Origin: Acidimicrobium ferrooxidans DSM 10331
Lineage (GTDB): Bacteria; Actinomycetota; Acidimicrobiia; Acidimicrobiales; Ilumatobacteraceae
Length of the DNA stretch: 64,000 nt
Assembly: GCA_945900735.1 (NCBI GenBank)
Contig: CAMDJX010000002.1
Span: 964 to 64,963, forward strand
Reading direction: 5' to 3'
Shown here: piece after piece, positions 27,501-37,246 of the stretch
Position numbering within the stretch: position 1 is the first letter of the stretch
Layout of the letters: each line of letters begins with the position of its first letter
Notes under the pieces: generated by a model
Databases searched by the model: none
Told to the model about the DNA's origin: nothing
Seen by the model: only the letters and a program-made list of their open reading frames with translations
Program-made: the position numbers and the translations under genes

Positions 27501-27935
27501 TTACAACGTTTGCAACAAGCGTTGTTGCCCGCGCGTTATTTGATCTGCCAGCAAACGCTCTAACACTCCACCAGTAAACAATGTGCCGCCGTAATGCAGG
27601 TGCACCACAACGGTTGAACCATCACCCTTTGGTGAAATATCGGCGGTAAGCACCCAAGCGGAATGACTTCGACCATCAAGTTCTTTGCGCTCGAAAACCA
27701 CACGCGAACCCGCGTTGTTGACTGTTCGCACCATTCTCAGATTTTTGGAACGCGCGAACGGGCCAACCTTGCCGCGCAACTGCACATTCCACACCGCATC
27801 CTCACCATTTGATTGGTTAACGGCTTCTGCCCGATAAACAATGTCGAGCCATTGCGTATACGCGGACAGATCGCTCATTGCTAGGTGGAGGCGCGCGCAA
27901 TCGACTGGCGCATCAAGCGATGCGTAAACATCCAT
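27501..27935 (-). CDS. SRPBCC/START-like (polyketide cyclase-type) protein
   Basis: Size and pattern (DLSAYTQWL..beta strands..C-terminal helix) fit the SRPBCC fold; family call is by resemblance. Confidence 0.6.
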   Translation of the reverse strand: MDVYASLDAPVDCARLHLAMSDLSAYTQWLDIVYRAEAVNQSNGEDAVWNVQLRGKVGPFARSKNLRMVRTVNNAGSRVVFERKELDGRSHSAWVLTADISPKGDGSTVVVHLHYGGTLFTGGVLERLLADQITRGQQRLLQTL

Positions 27936-27941
27936 ATTGAT

Positions 27942-28553
27942 TTACGGAATATCGTTTTCGTTAAACGGTTCGCGCTCTAGTTCGTCGTCGGCTTCTTGTG
28001 GCGTTGGCCTTGGCGCAGAAAATGTGTCGTCCATTCCGAAGGCCCTGCTCATCATTTTGCCCTTAGGGCGAAGAATGCCGCCTAGGTCATCGGTGTGATC
28101 GAAAGAAGGTTTCCATTGCATGGCCTGAGTTTCCTCTAAGCCATCGTCTCGAACTTCCCACTCATTAGCTTGCACGGGAGCTGGTGCAGGCGGAGTTGGA
28201 GCAGGTGCGGGCGGAGTTGGAGCAGGCTCCTGCGCAACTTCACGATCAAATAATTTTGGACGCACCGCATCTCCACGCGATTTACGCCGCTGGCCCGCAG
28301 CAGGAGTGACATCACGCTTCACCTTTACGGGCGGTGGTGGCCTGAACAAGCGTGGCACGCTTTCGCGCCGATCATCAATCGACCATCCTCTCGGCACACT
28401 CAACCTGTCGGCATGCTTCATGCACAAACAGTTGCGACGCTCGTTTCCAACTTGTGCATAGTTCTCGAGCGTTACCAAAAGAGCCTGAGCGTTCATCGAA
28501 TACTCAACTGTGGCAATCTCTCGGCACAGTGGGCGCTCACAATGTTGGGGCAC
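27942..28553 (-). CDS. DUF3499-like protein with Pro-rich disordered tail
   Basis: N-terminal C..P.C and LC..HADRLSVPRGW motif. GTG start lies 6 nt after TAGTCT. Confidence 0.75.
   Translation of the reverse strand: MPQHCERPLCREIATVEYSMNAQALLVTLENYAQVGNERRNCLCMKHADRLSVPRGWSIDDRRESVPRLFRPPPPVKVKRDVTPAAGQRRKSRGDAVRPKLFDREVAQEPAPTPPAPAPTPPAPAPVQANEWEVRDDGLEETQAMQWKPSFDHTDDLGGILRPKGKMMSRAFGMDDTFSAPRPTPQEADDELEREPFNENDIP
28186..28226. repeat. 21-bp tandem repeat (about 2 copies) encoding PAPTPPA
   Basis: gcaggcggagttggagcaggt followed by gcgggcggagttggagcagg. Confidence 0.8.
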
Positions 28554-28572
28554 CCTCAAAGACTAACCCTCG

Positions 28573-28645
28573 TGGGCGATATGGGCCTCGATCCCACGAC
28601 TTCCACGATGTGAACGTGGCGCTCTTCCGACTGAGCTAACCGCCC
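28573..28645 (-). tRNA. tRNA-Val(CAC)
   Basis: GGGCGGTTAGCTCAGTCGGAAGAGCGCCACG-TTCACAT-CGTGGAAGTCGTGGGATCGAGGCCCATATCGCCCA folds as a cloverleaf; CCA not encoded. Confidence 0.92.
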
Positions 28646-28671
28646 GAGGCTGATTAGGTTACACGCCCCCG

Positions 28672-29229
28672 CTATTTGGGTACAACGCAGGCAGTGCCCA
28701 TTCCCTGCCGATCGCGGAATGACTCCTGATCGGATGGGCACGCCATATCGAAACCAACCAATTGGCTCACGACTCCATAATGCTCAAGCGCGCAGTCCAC
28801 TTCGCTTACCGCGCTGTTTTCGTCGACAACAACGCACGAACCGCTCTGCAACAAACCATCTGGCCCGCTCACCACGGCGGGGCCGCTTAGTGCATTGAGC
28901 ACCAGCACCACAACGACACCAATAACTATAAACGTGAGTACCATACGCCACGGAAACTGCGCGTGCTCGTATTGAGGTTGCGGCTGAGTAGGGATACTTG
29001 CAGAAGTGGTTGCGCCCATTGCCTTGCGAGAAATGTCGTACAACTTTCGCAACTCGCTATCCGACAACACCGACCAGGCCTCCGAGATTGCCGCCATCTC
29101 GGAAGATGCGGTGTCGCTCAAAGTGGTTGCCGTGTCGGGATGCACGCGACGAACAGCATTGCGGTAGGCATCGCGGATCTGAGTATCGGTAGCGGTTTCG
29201 GCAACGCCGAGAACTTGGTAATACGTCAT
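28672..29229 (-). CDS. J-domain membrane protein with Cys-containing C-terminal domain
   Basis: YYQVLGV..HPD..ISEAWSVLSD J-domain, one TM helix, four Cys in the C-terminal domain. Confidence 0.85.
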   Translation of the reverse strand: MTYYQVLGVAETATDTQIRDAYRNAVRRVHPDTATTLSDTASSEMAAISEAWSVLSDSELRKLYDISRKAMGATTSASIPTQPQPQYEHAQFPWRMVLTFIVIGVVVVLVLNALSGPAVVSGPDGLLQSGSCVVVDENSAVSEVDCALEHYGVVSQLVGFDMACPSDQESFRDRQGMGTACVVPK

Positions 29230-29230
29230 A

Positions 29231-30157
29231 TCAGTAGCCCAATGTAGGGTCGACCACGCCCATCAATGGCTGTCCTGCAGCATACAATTTCACGTTTGCA
29301 GTAATTCGTTGCCCAAACAGCGCAGGAACCATGTCGGCGGTATTGCCAACGTGAGGCGTAATCACGCAATTATCGAACGACCACAACGGATGACCTTGCG
29401 GTAGTGGTTCTGGGTCGGTGACATCAAGAGCAGCACCGCCAATGATGTTGTTTTCGAGGGCCCAGACAAGCGCATCGGTATCGATGTGTTTGCCGCGACC
29501 CACATTCACTATCCATGCGTGTGGCGACATGGCTTCAAGTTCTGGCCTACCAATCATCGCCGTAGTTTCTTGCGTCAATGCCATTGCCATCACCACGGCA
29601 TCCGCATTGGCTAGAGCATCCACCAAATGTTCGGAATCCACAACTGTCGCGACACCGCGCATCGGTTGAATATGTCTGCGAACAACAGTGATGTGACAAT
29701 CGAACGGCTGCAGCATGTCGATGATCGTTTGGGCAATGCCACCACCACCGAGAACGGTGACTCGGCTGCCAATGATGGTTCGACCAGCATCTTCCGACCA
29801 CTGGTGCTTACGGGCGTAACCATAGGTGTAGCGCATTCCGCCAAGCAACAAAGCAATGGCAAGTTCGGCCACCGGGCCCGAATAGACACCGCCTTTGGCA
29901 CTCGTCCAGAGGCGATCATCCGAAATGTATGGCAGATACTCCTCGATTCCGGCATAAGGAAGCTGCACCCACTCGATGTTTGGGTGTTTGCCGAGTACTT
30001 CGCCGAGCAAGCCCGACTGCTGATAATCGACCCAAATCAATCCGTTGGCATCGGCAATGTCGACGACCTCGCAGCCGCCAGCAACTACCGCGTCGGATGC
30101 CCAGCCTGGCGAACCTGGTGGACCAACTGCGATACGCGCAGTGCGCGGCGAATTCAT
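29231..30157 (-). CDS. D-isomer-specific 2-hydroxyacid dehydrogenase
   Basis: LGGGGIA, VNVGRG, AALDVTDPEPLP and ITPHVG motifs. Confidence 0.92.
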   Translation of the reverse strand: MNSPRTARIAVGPPGSPGWASDAVVAGGCEVVDIADANGLIWVDYQQSGLLGEVLGKHPNIEWVQLPYAGIEEYLPYISDDRLWTSAKGGVYSGPVAELAIALLLGGMRYTYGYARKHQWSEDAGRTIIGSRVTVLGGGGIAQTIIDMLQPFDCHITVVRRHIQPMRGVATVVDSEHLVDALANADAVVMAMALTQETTAMIGRPELEAMSPHAWIVNVGRGKHIDTDALVWALENNIIGGAALDVTDPEPLPQGHPLWSFDNCVITPHVGNTADMVPALFGQRITANVKLYAAGQPLMGVVDPTLGY

Positions 30158-31002
30158 GCCGATTTGGTGAGACTGCGGCGCTTCGGCTTTGCAGCAGATG
30201 TTTTTGCTGCTTCCTTGCGCATGCCCGCAATGGTTCCAGACAATAAAACCGCAACGCTGATGAAGAGGATCATGCTGGCAAGCACATTGATCTGAGGAGG
30301 GATACGCACGCGGGCGGCTCCGTAGATTTGCAACGGGAACGTGACCACGTTGCCAGAGTTGAAGAACGTAATGATGAAGTCATCGATGGACAGAGCAAAA
30401 GCCAGGAGTGAAGCGGCCAGGATGCCGGGCAGGATGAGCGGCAACGTCACCTTCATGAAGGTGCGCAAAGGTGAGGCACCAAGGTCTTGCGCGGCTTGCT
30501 CGAGCGTCCAGTCGAAACCTCTGATTCGGGCGCGAACTGTGAGGGCAACGAAACTGACTTGGAACATGATGTGGGCAATGACGATGGTGGTAAATCCGAA
30601 GTCGATGAAGTTTTGACCAAGGAACAACGTTGCCAGCGACGAGCCCAACACAATCTCTGGTGTTGTTAGCGGCAAGACGAGGAACAGGTTGATTCCGCCA
30701 CTGCCCCGAAACTTGTAGCGAGAGAGTGCAACTGCAATGAGCGAGCCGAGCACTGTTGAAATGAGTGTTGAAACGGCCGCTATTTCCAAGCTGACACGCA
30801 GCGCGTGCGTGAGCGATTTTTCGGCAAACGGATGCATCCAGTTTTCAAAGGTGAATTCTTGCCAAGCGATATTGAAGTTGCCCTTAGGTTTGTTGAAACT
30901 AAACGCAACAATGAAAAAGATTGGCGTGAAGAGGTACAGAAGCCCGAGACCAGCAAAGATATTGAGCGCCCAACGCCCCATCTTGCTGCGTGTGCGCATC
31001 AT
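30154..31002 (-). CDS. potC: Polyamine ABC transporter permease (PotC-like)
   Basis: LEQAAQDLGASP EAA loop; FALSIDDF motif. Confidence 0.85.
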   Translation of the reverse strand: MMRTRSKMGRWALNIFAGLGLLYLFTPIFFIVAFSFNKPKGNFNIAWQEFTFENWMHPFAEKSLTHALRVSLEIAAVSTLISTVLGSLIAVALSRYKFRGSGGINLFLVLPLTTPEIVLGSSLATLFLGQNFIDFGFTTIVIAHIMFQVSFVALTVRARIRGFDWTLEQAAQDLGASPLRTFMKVTLPLILPGILAASLLAFALSIDDFIITFFNSGNVVTFPLQIYGAARVRIPPQINVLASMILFISVAVLLSGTIAGMRKEAAKTSAAKPKRRSLTKSA

Positions 31003-32069
31003 GCCAAATCCTCTGTGCCGAAGATTTTGGTGTAGATGAGCACCAAGGATGCGATGCTGAACATCAGTACCGCGGACATTGCAGAGGCAACTGGATAATT
31101 GTTTTGCTTCAAGAACTGATCTTGAATTGAGTTACCAATCATTGTGGTGTTTGGATTACCAAGAAACTGAGCGTTCACAAAGTCGCCTGCTGCTGGAATA
31201 AAGGTAAGCAACGTGCCTGCAAAGACACCTGGGATAGATAGTGGAAGCACCACTTTCCTAAACGCACGGGTGGCGCTCGAATACAAGTCGCCTGCGGCAT
31301 TAACGAGGTTGGTGTCGATCTTTTCCAAGCTCACATAAATCGGTAGCAACATAAACGGCAAGAAATTGTAAGTTAGCCCGCCAATAACCGCTGCTGGAGT
31401 ATTCAGCAGTTTGCCGTTATCCATGATGTGCATCCACTCAAGCGCCTGGACCAAACCCACTTTGTCGAATGCGCGAACAACGAAACCTCGGTCGGCCAAG
31501 ATGGTCGACCACGCGATTGTGCGAATGAGGTAACTGGTAAAGAATGGAATAATCACCATGCCAAGCAGGATGTTCTTGTACTTGCCGCCACGGAATGCAA
31601 TGACGTAAGCAAGCGGATACCCAATCAACACCGTAAGCACGGTGGCGATCGCCGCATATACGAACGCATGTTGAAACTGTGTACCAAAGTCTTTAAAAGC
31701 ATTGGAATAGTTCTGGAAAGCCCATGTGAAGTTGTAGTCAACGGAGAATCTGCTGGGCTTTGTGGAAAGCGAGATGCGGAGCAAACTCCAAACCGGCGCA
31801 AGGAAGAACAATGCAAGCCACAACATTCCGGGCTTCAACAGCCCATACGGCGCAAGCAACCTTCTCGCTTCAGGGCCGCCTCGAAGGGCCAAAACCAAAA
31901 CCCCGATGAGCACAAGCAACAGCAACAGCAGCACTAATGACGAAGCAGCGCCGCTTACCCATTTGGCACCAAGTGCTACTAAGCACAATGCGGCAACGAG
32001 CATGGCCCCCAGACCAACGCGATCGGCATTTGTGCCGATGCGCTTTGAAACGGAGACCCCCGTTGTCAT
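30999..32069 (-). CDS. potB: Polyamine ABC transporter permease (PotB-like)
   Basis: GYPLAY, IPFFTSYLIRT and YNFLPFMLLPIY motifs. Confidence 0.85.
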   Translation of the reverse strand: MTTGVSVSKRIGTNADRVGLGAMLVAALCLVALGAKWVSGAASSLVLLLLLLVLIGVLVLALRGGPEARRLLAPYGLLKPGMLWLALFFLAPVWSLLRISLSTKPSRFSVDYNFTWAFQNYSNAFKDFGTQFQHAFVYAAIATVLTVLIGYPLAYVIAFRGGKYKNILLGMVIIPFFTSYLIRTIAWSTILADRGFVVRAFDKVGLVQALEWMHIMDNGKLLNTPAAVIGGLTYNFLPFMLLPIYVSLEKIDTNLVNAAGDLYSSATRAFRKVVLPLSIPGVFAGTLLTFIPAAGDFVNAQFLGNPNTTMIGNSIQDQFLKQNNYPVASAMSAVLMFSIASLVLIYTKIFGTEDLA

Positions 32070-32095
32070 GTTGTCGTCAGCGCCCTAGTCGGTGC

Positions 32096-33253
32096 TTACG
32101 CGCCGGTGATTGCCGAGAACTCCTCGTCAAACTTGGCTTCAACGTCCTCTGTCAACGTGGCAAATGCGCGCAAGCGTCCGCTTGTTGCATCATCTGGGAA
32201 GAGCAACTGATTGTCGGCAAGTTCTGGGTTGATTTTTGCGAGTTCCTCGCGAACGCCCTTCACCGGCGACAAGTACTGCACGTATTGAGTGATCAACGCT
32301 GCCTGCACTGGGTCGTAACAGAAGTTCATCCACTTCGCCGCGTTGGCTGAATTTTTTGCGCCCTTTGGCAACATCATTACGTCGGCCCAGCGCGTGCCAC
32401 CCTCTTCGGGAATAACAAATCGAACGTTGGGGCTGTCCTTACCAAGTTGCAACACGTCGCCCGACCAACCCACGCAAGCAGCGAAGTTGCCGCTCACCAA
32501 ATCGTCGGTGTAGTCGTTGCCAGTGAACTGACGAATCTGACCATCGGCTTTTGCCTTGGCAAGTTTTTCGAATGCTGGTGCTGCATCATCGAACGATGCG
32601 ATGGTGGACGGATCGATGCCCAAGCCCATCGCGATCAAGCCGATGGTGTCGCGCATTTCGGTGAGCATTCCGATCTTGCCCTTGAACTCTGGATCGAACA
32701 GATCTTCAACGCTCTTCAACTCGCGGCCCGTTACATCAATGTTGTACGCAATGCCAGCCATACCTGCTTGCCACGGCATGCTGTACTCACCTGTTGGGTC
32801 CCACGGTGGATTTACAAAACCGTCCGTAATGTTTGCCATGTTCGGAATGTCGGCAAGTGGCAACTTGTCGGCCCAACCGAGGCTGATGAGTCGTCCTGTC
32901 ATCCAGAAGGTTGGGGCAATGATGTCGGCTTCAATGGTTTTGCCATTACCGAGTAGCGGTTGAATCTTGGCGAAATACTCGTTGTTGTCGTTGTAGCCCT
33001 CGGAGTAGTTCATGGTGATGCCAGTTGCTTCGGCGAAGCGATCAACTGTTCCCAATGAAGTTCCCTCGGTTGGGTCGATGTAGAGCGGCCAGTTGTCAAA
33101 CGACACCGTGGTCGACTCTGAAGCGCCTGTGCTATCGCCACCACCGCATGCTGCTAGCAATGCTGGAAGTGAAAGCCCCATCGCGCCTAATGCGCCGGAG
33201 CGAGCCAGAAATTGGCGGCGGGTCATGTTGCTAGATACTGGGCGGTTGTTCAT
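32096..33253 (-). CDS. potD: Polyamine-binding periplasmic lipoprotein (PotD/PotF-like), Tat signal
   Basis: TRRQFL twin-arginine motif, LAAC lipobox, NWPLYID, WSGD and PEEGG..WAD motifs. Confidence 0.85.
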   Translation of the reverse strand: MNNRPVSSNMTRRQFLARSGALGAMGLSLPALLAACGGGDSTGASESTTVSFDNWPLYIDPTEGTSLGTVDRFAEATGITMNYSEGYNDNNEYFAKIQPLLGNGKTIEADIIAPTFWMTGRLISLGWADKLPLADIPNMANITDGFVNPPWDPTGEYSMPWQAGMAGIAYNIDVTGRELKSVEDLFDPEFKGKIGMLTEMRDTIGLIAMGLGIDPSTIASFDDAAPAFEKLAKAKADGQIRQFTGNDYTDDLVSGNFAACVGWSGDVLQLGKDSPNVRFVIPEEGGTRWADVMMLPKGAKNSANAAKWMNFCYDPVQAALITQYVQYLSPVKGVREELAKINPELADNQLLFPDDATSGRLRAFATLTEDVEAKFDEEFSAITGA

Positions 33254-33285
33254 GATTCTCCCCTTCGTTGGTTACTGCTGAGATC

Positions 33286-34440
33286 TTAGAGCGTTGACTC
33301 GATGTGATCGATGTCGGTTGTCGTCGCGCCAGCCTTATCGGGCCAACCCGCAAGCACGAAGCCACATTCGCTCTCCCACGTCATGGCGATGCGCTTGCCA
33401 GGGGCGATCTGCGGCATGCTCGCCGAAGAATCGGCCAAGCAGGTCATCTCCGTTCCGTCGTCGAGACGCACGATGAGCCGAGCCGTTGCACCTTGGAACA
33501 CCAGATCGGTTAGCAAACCTTCGATGCCTCGGCCTTCCACTTCAACAGTGGCGGCTGGCTTAATACGCTCGGGCCTCAGCATGACGGAGACCTTGTCGCC
33601 CACAGAGAAAGGCGCGCCTTTCGCCGACGCACGAACTGTTGTACCCACTCGCAACTTGACGACGACGTCGTCCCCATCGCGCGACTGGACTATGCCCGGC
33701 AATAAGTTGGCCGAACCGATAAACCCCGCAACGAACAGAGACGAAGGGGTGCGATAGATCTCTTCTGGTGTGCCGATCTGCTCGACATGGCCTTGGCTCA
33801 TGACCGCGATGCGATCGCTCATGGTCAGCGCTTCGCCCTGGTCGTGCGTGACGAAGATAAAACTGATTCCTACTTCTCGTTGAATACGTTTCAGTTCGAT
33901 CTGCATTGCTTCGCGAAGCTTCAAATCGAGTGCCGCCAACGGTTCGTCCAACAACAACGCACTTGGGTAATTGACGAGTGCGCGTGCAAGAGCAACACGC
34001 TGCTGCTGGCCGCCCGATAGTTGAGTTGGTTTTCTGTTTGCAAATTCGGCAAGGCGCACGATCTCCAACATCTCCATCACGCTTGTCTTGATCTTCTTTT
34101 CGTCAATCTTCTTGCTTCGAGGGCCAAATGCAACGTTGTCGAAAACGGTCATGTGCGGGAAAAGTGCGTATTGCTGGAAAACCGTATTTACGTTTCGCTT
34201 GTATGGAGGTATAGACGAAACGTCCACACCGTCGAGCATGACCCGGCCAGAGGTTGGCTGCTCGAAGCCAGCAATCATTTTGAGCGTTGTGGTCTTGCCG
34301 CAACCCGAGGGACCAAGCATGGCGAAGAACTCGCCCGTAGCAATAGAGAAATTGGCATCATGAACAGCGACAAAGTCGCCGTACGTCTTAGAAATGTGAT
34401 CGAGCTCGATCACATTTTTTGTAATTGCCGATTCCCCCAT
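33286..34440 (-). CDS. potA: Polyamine ABC transporter ATPase
   Basis: GPSGCGKTT, VFQQYALFPHM, LSGGQQQRVALARA and a TOBE-like C-terminus. Confidence 0.88.
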   Translation of the reverse strand: MGESAITKNVIELDHISKTYGDFVAVHDANFSIATGEFFAMLGPSGCGKTTTLKMIAGFEQPTSGRVMLDGVDVSSIPPYKRNVNTVFQQYALFPHMTVFDNVAFGPRSKKIDEKKIKTSVMEMLEIVRLAEFANRKPTQLSGGQQQRVALARALVNYPSALLLDEPLAALDLKLREAMQIELKRIQREVGISFIFVTHDQGEALTMSDRIAVMSQGHVEQIGTPEEIYRTPSSLFVAGFIGSANLLPGIVQSRDGDDVVVKLRVGTTVRASAKGAPFSVGDKVSVMLRPERIKPAATVEVEGRGIEGLLTDLVFQGATARLIVRLDDGTEMTCLADSSASMPQIAPGKRIAMTWESECGFVLAGWPDKAGATTTDIDHIESTL

Positions 34441-34452
34441 GGTGCTCCCCGC

Positions 34453-35877
34453 CTAGCTATTGAGATTGATCATCACGTGCTTGATGCGCGTGTAGTCATC
34501 GAGCGCGTATGCCGACAAATCTTTGCCGTAACCCGACTTCTTGTAACCACCGTGCGGCATTTCGGCCACCATCGGGATGTGAGTGTTGACCCAAACACAA
34601 CCGAAGTCGAGATTCTTGGTCATGCGCATTGCACGGCCTAAGTCCCGGGTCCATACCGATGAGGCGAGTGCAAATTCCACACCGTTAGCCCACTTCAAGG
34701 CTTCGGCTTCATCGGAGAACTTCTGCACGGTAATCACCGGAGCAAACATTTCGTCTTGAATCATCTCGTCGTTCTGCTTCAAGTCGCATACAACAGTCGG
34801 TTCGAAGAAATATCCATCGCTACCAATTTGCGAACCACCAGTGGTGATCTTTGCGTGCTTTGGTACACGATCGATAAAGCCCTTTACTTTGCTCAAGTGC
34901 GAGCCGTTATTGAGTGGCCCGTACAGCACGTCGTCGCCAGGCTTGCCTGTTTTGGTTTTCTTTGCAGCTTCGGTAAGTGCATCAACAAAGTCGCCGTAAA
35001 TTTTCGGCCCGGCAATAACACGTGTAGCTGCGGTGCAGTCTTGTCCGGCATTGAAATATCCAGTCATTGCAATGGTTTCAACAGCAAGTTCGATATCGGC
35101 ATCGTCGAAGATGACGACCGGGGCCTTACCACCCAGTTCGAGGTGAACACGCTTGAGGCTTTTTGCAGCATCTCCGGCAACTTCCATACCTGCACGAACC
35201 GAGCCCGTGATTGAAACCATGCCCGGTGTTTCGTGCACAACCATGCTTCGACCAGTGTCGCGATCGCCACAGATGACGTTGAGCACGCCTGGAGGCAATA
35301 CCTCACCAAGCAATTTTGCAATCAATGCTGTTGATGCGGGAGTTGTGTCACTTGGCTTAAGCACTGTTGTGTTGCCTGCAGCGATTGCGGGAATGAATTT
35401 CCAAACTCCCATCATCAACGGGTAGTTCCATGGCGCCACTTGCGCACAGACGCCGATTGGCTCGCGGCGAATGTACGAAGTAAAGCCCGACATGTATTCG
35501 CCTGCACTCTTGCCTTCGAGCATGCGCGCAGCACCTGCGAAGAAACGGATTTGGTCCATCATCGGCGGAACTTCTTCGCTGAACGTGATGGCTCGTGGCT
35601 TGCCCGTGTTTTCGATTTCGGTTTCAATCAACTCATTCATGTTGGCTTCCATGACGTCGGCAATGTCATTAATTGCCTTCTGGCGCACCGAAGGGGTGCT
35701 GTTTTTCCACGAGTCGAACGCGTCTGCCGCGGCCTTCATAGCGGAGTCGACATCTGCAGGCCCCGACAACGCTGCGGTGGCATATTGTTTGCCGGTTACC
35801 GGGTCGATCACTGGGGTTGTGCGGCCATCCTGGGCGGACACTTCTTTACCGTTGATGAAGTTATTGAACGATTTCAT
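34453..35877 (-). CDS. Gamma-aminobutyraldehyde dehydrogenase (PatD-like)
   Basis: PWNYPLM, LELGGKAP, NAGQDCTA and EMPHGGYKKSGYGKDLS motifs; heads the polyamine transporter operon. Confidence 0.88.
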   Translation of the reverse strand: MKSFNNFINGKEVSAQDGRTTPVIDPVTGKQYATAALSGPADVDSAMKAAADAFDSWKNSTPSVRQKAINDIADVMEANMNELIETEIENTGKPRAITFSEEVPPMMDQIRFFAGAARMLEGKSAGEYMSGFTSYIRREPIGVCAQVAPWNYPLMMGVWKFIPAIAAGNTTVLKPSDTTPASTALIAKLLGEVLPPGVLNVICGDRDTGRSMVVHETPGMVSITGSVRAGMEVAGDAAKSLKRVHLELGGKAPVVIFDDADIELAVETIAMTGYFNAGQDCTAATRVIAGPKIYGDFVDALTEAAKKTKTGKPGDDVLYGPLNNGSHLSKVKGFIDRVPKHAKITTGGSQIGSDGYFFEPTVVCDLKQNDEMIQDEMFAPVITVQKFSDEAEALKWANGVEFALASSVWTRDLGRAMRMTKNLDFGCVWVNTHIPMVAEMPHGGYKKSGYGKDLSAYALDDYTRIKHVMINLNS

Positions 35878-35919
35878 AGTGCAACACTAACCAGTCTCCA
35901 CATGGGCTAGACAAGATAC

Positions 35920-37050
35920 ATGCAACCAGCCATTTCGAGCGTCGGGGTGCCGAAAGAAGTGAAGACGCTAGAAGGACGCGTATCCCTCACCCCGGACGGT
36001 GTGAGGGAATTTGAACGTCTGGGGGTTCAGGTATTTGTTGAGACAAATGCGGGCGAAGGCGCGTCCATCACCGACGCCGAATACATGGCCGCTGGGGCCA
36101 CCATCGTGCCGACCGCCGCAGATGCTTGGAGCCAACAGATGGTTGTCAAGGTGAAGGAGCCCAAGACAGAAGAGTTTGCATTTCTACGGCCCGACCTGAC
36201 GCTTTTCACATACCTGCATTTGTCGGCCTACCCGCAGGTTGCGGCCGCTCTGCAGAAAGCTAAGACCACATCGATCGCTTATGAAACCGTGCAGATGGAT
36301 GATGGCTCGCTTCCACTTCTTGCACCGATGAGTGAAATTGCAGGCCGACTTGCGACACAAGCGGGAGCACGTTTCTTGGAACGCCCCCAAGGCGGCCGCG
36401 GCGTATTGATGGGCGGCGCACCAGGTGTAAAGCCCGCGAAGGTCGTCGTTATTGGCGCGGGCAATGTTGGCTATAACGCCGCGTGGATTGCCGCCGGAAT
36501 GCAAGCAGAAGTGGTGATCCTTGACAAGAATCTCGATCGACTGCGATACATCGAACAGATTTGTATTGGACGCACCACAACACTTGCGTCGAATCGAGGC
36601 GCAGTCGAGCGCTCACTAATCGAAGCCGACCTTGTTATTGGTGCGGTTCTGATTGCGGGAGCAAAAGCCCCGATTGTGGTGAGCGAAGACATGGTCAAGA
36701 CGATGAAACCTGGCTCGGTCATTGTTGACGTTGCCGTGGATCAAGGTGGCTGCATCGAAACCACACATGAAACAACGCACACCGACCCTGTCTATGTAAC
36801 TCACGGCGTTGTGCACTACGCGGTGGGAAATATGCCGGGGGCTGTACCCAACACCAGCACGTATGCCCTCACTAACGCCACACTGCCCTATCAAATCGAG
36901 ATCGCTCGATACGGAACCCGCGATGCGGCGATTCGCAACAACGCAATCAGGCTTGGCGTAAATACGGTCGGTGGTGCGATAACGAGCGAAGCGGTCGCGA
37001 ACGAACTACAAGCAAAATATGTTGATGCGCTCGTTGCCTTACAGGGCTAG
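35920..37050 (+). CDS. ald: Alanine dehydrogenase
   Basis: GVPKEVK..EGRV, KVKEP, FTYLHL, PLLAPMSEIAGR, DVAVDQGGC and NMPGAVP motifs. Confidence 0.96.
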   Translation: MQPAISSVGVPKEVKTLEGRVSLTPDGVREFERLGVQVFVETNAGEGASITDAEYMAAGATIVPTAADAWSQQMVVKVKEPKTEEFAFLRPDLTLFTYLHLSAYPQVAAALQKAKTTSIAYETVQMDDGSLPLLAPMSEIAGRLATQAGARFLERPQGGRGVLMGGAPGVKPAKVVVIGAGNVGYNAAWIAAGMQAEVVILDKNLDRLRYIEQICIGRTTTLASNRGAVERSLIEADLVIGAVLIAGAKAPIVVSEDMVKTMKPGSVIVDVAVDQGGCIETTHETTHTDPVYVTHGVVHYAVGNMPGAVPNTSTYALTNATLPYQIEIARYGTRDAAIRNNAIRLGVNTVGGAITSEAVANELQAKYVDALVALQG

Positions 37051-37223
37051 TCGCAACACGAATCACGCCAACCGCACGACGCACATTTGTAGTGCGCGTG
37101 CTCTGGGTGCAATGAAGAGCCGCAATGTGGGCACTCGCTAAAAATGCCGCGCCGAGAATCGCATGCATCTGGCTGGCTGGTTGTATCGTGATGCGGTAAT
37201 TCTTGTTGGGCTGTTTGCTTCAT
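37047..37223 (-). CDS. 58-aa CPxCG zinc-finger microprotein (absent from the ORF track)
   Basis: Hand translation: MKQTAQQELPHHDTTSQPDACDSRRGIFSECPHCGSSLHPEHAHYKCASCGWRDSCCD*. It fills the ald-MFS gap exactly and its stop overlaps the ald stop (CTAG). Confidence 0.75.
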   Translation of the reverse strand: MKQTAQQELPHHDTTSQPDACDSRRGIFSECPHCGSSLHPEHAHYKCASCGWRDSCCD

Positions 37224-37246
37224 TGCCGACAGTCTTGCCTATTTCT

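Noticed and set aside
28186..28226. Tandem repeat as CRISPR or contingency locus
   Set aside because: Only two in-frame 21-bp copies, no spacers, and it encodes a Pro-rich linker.
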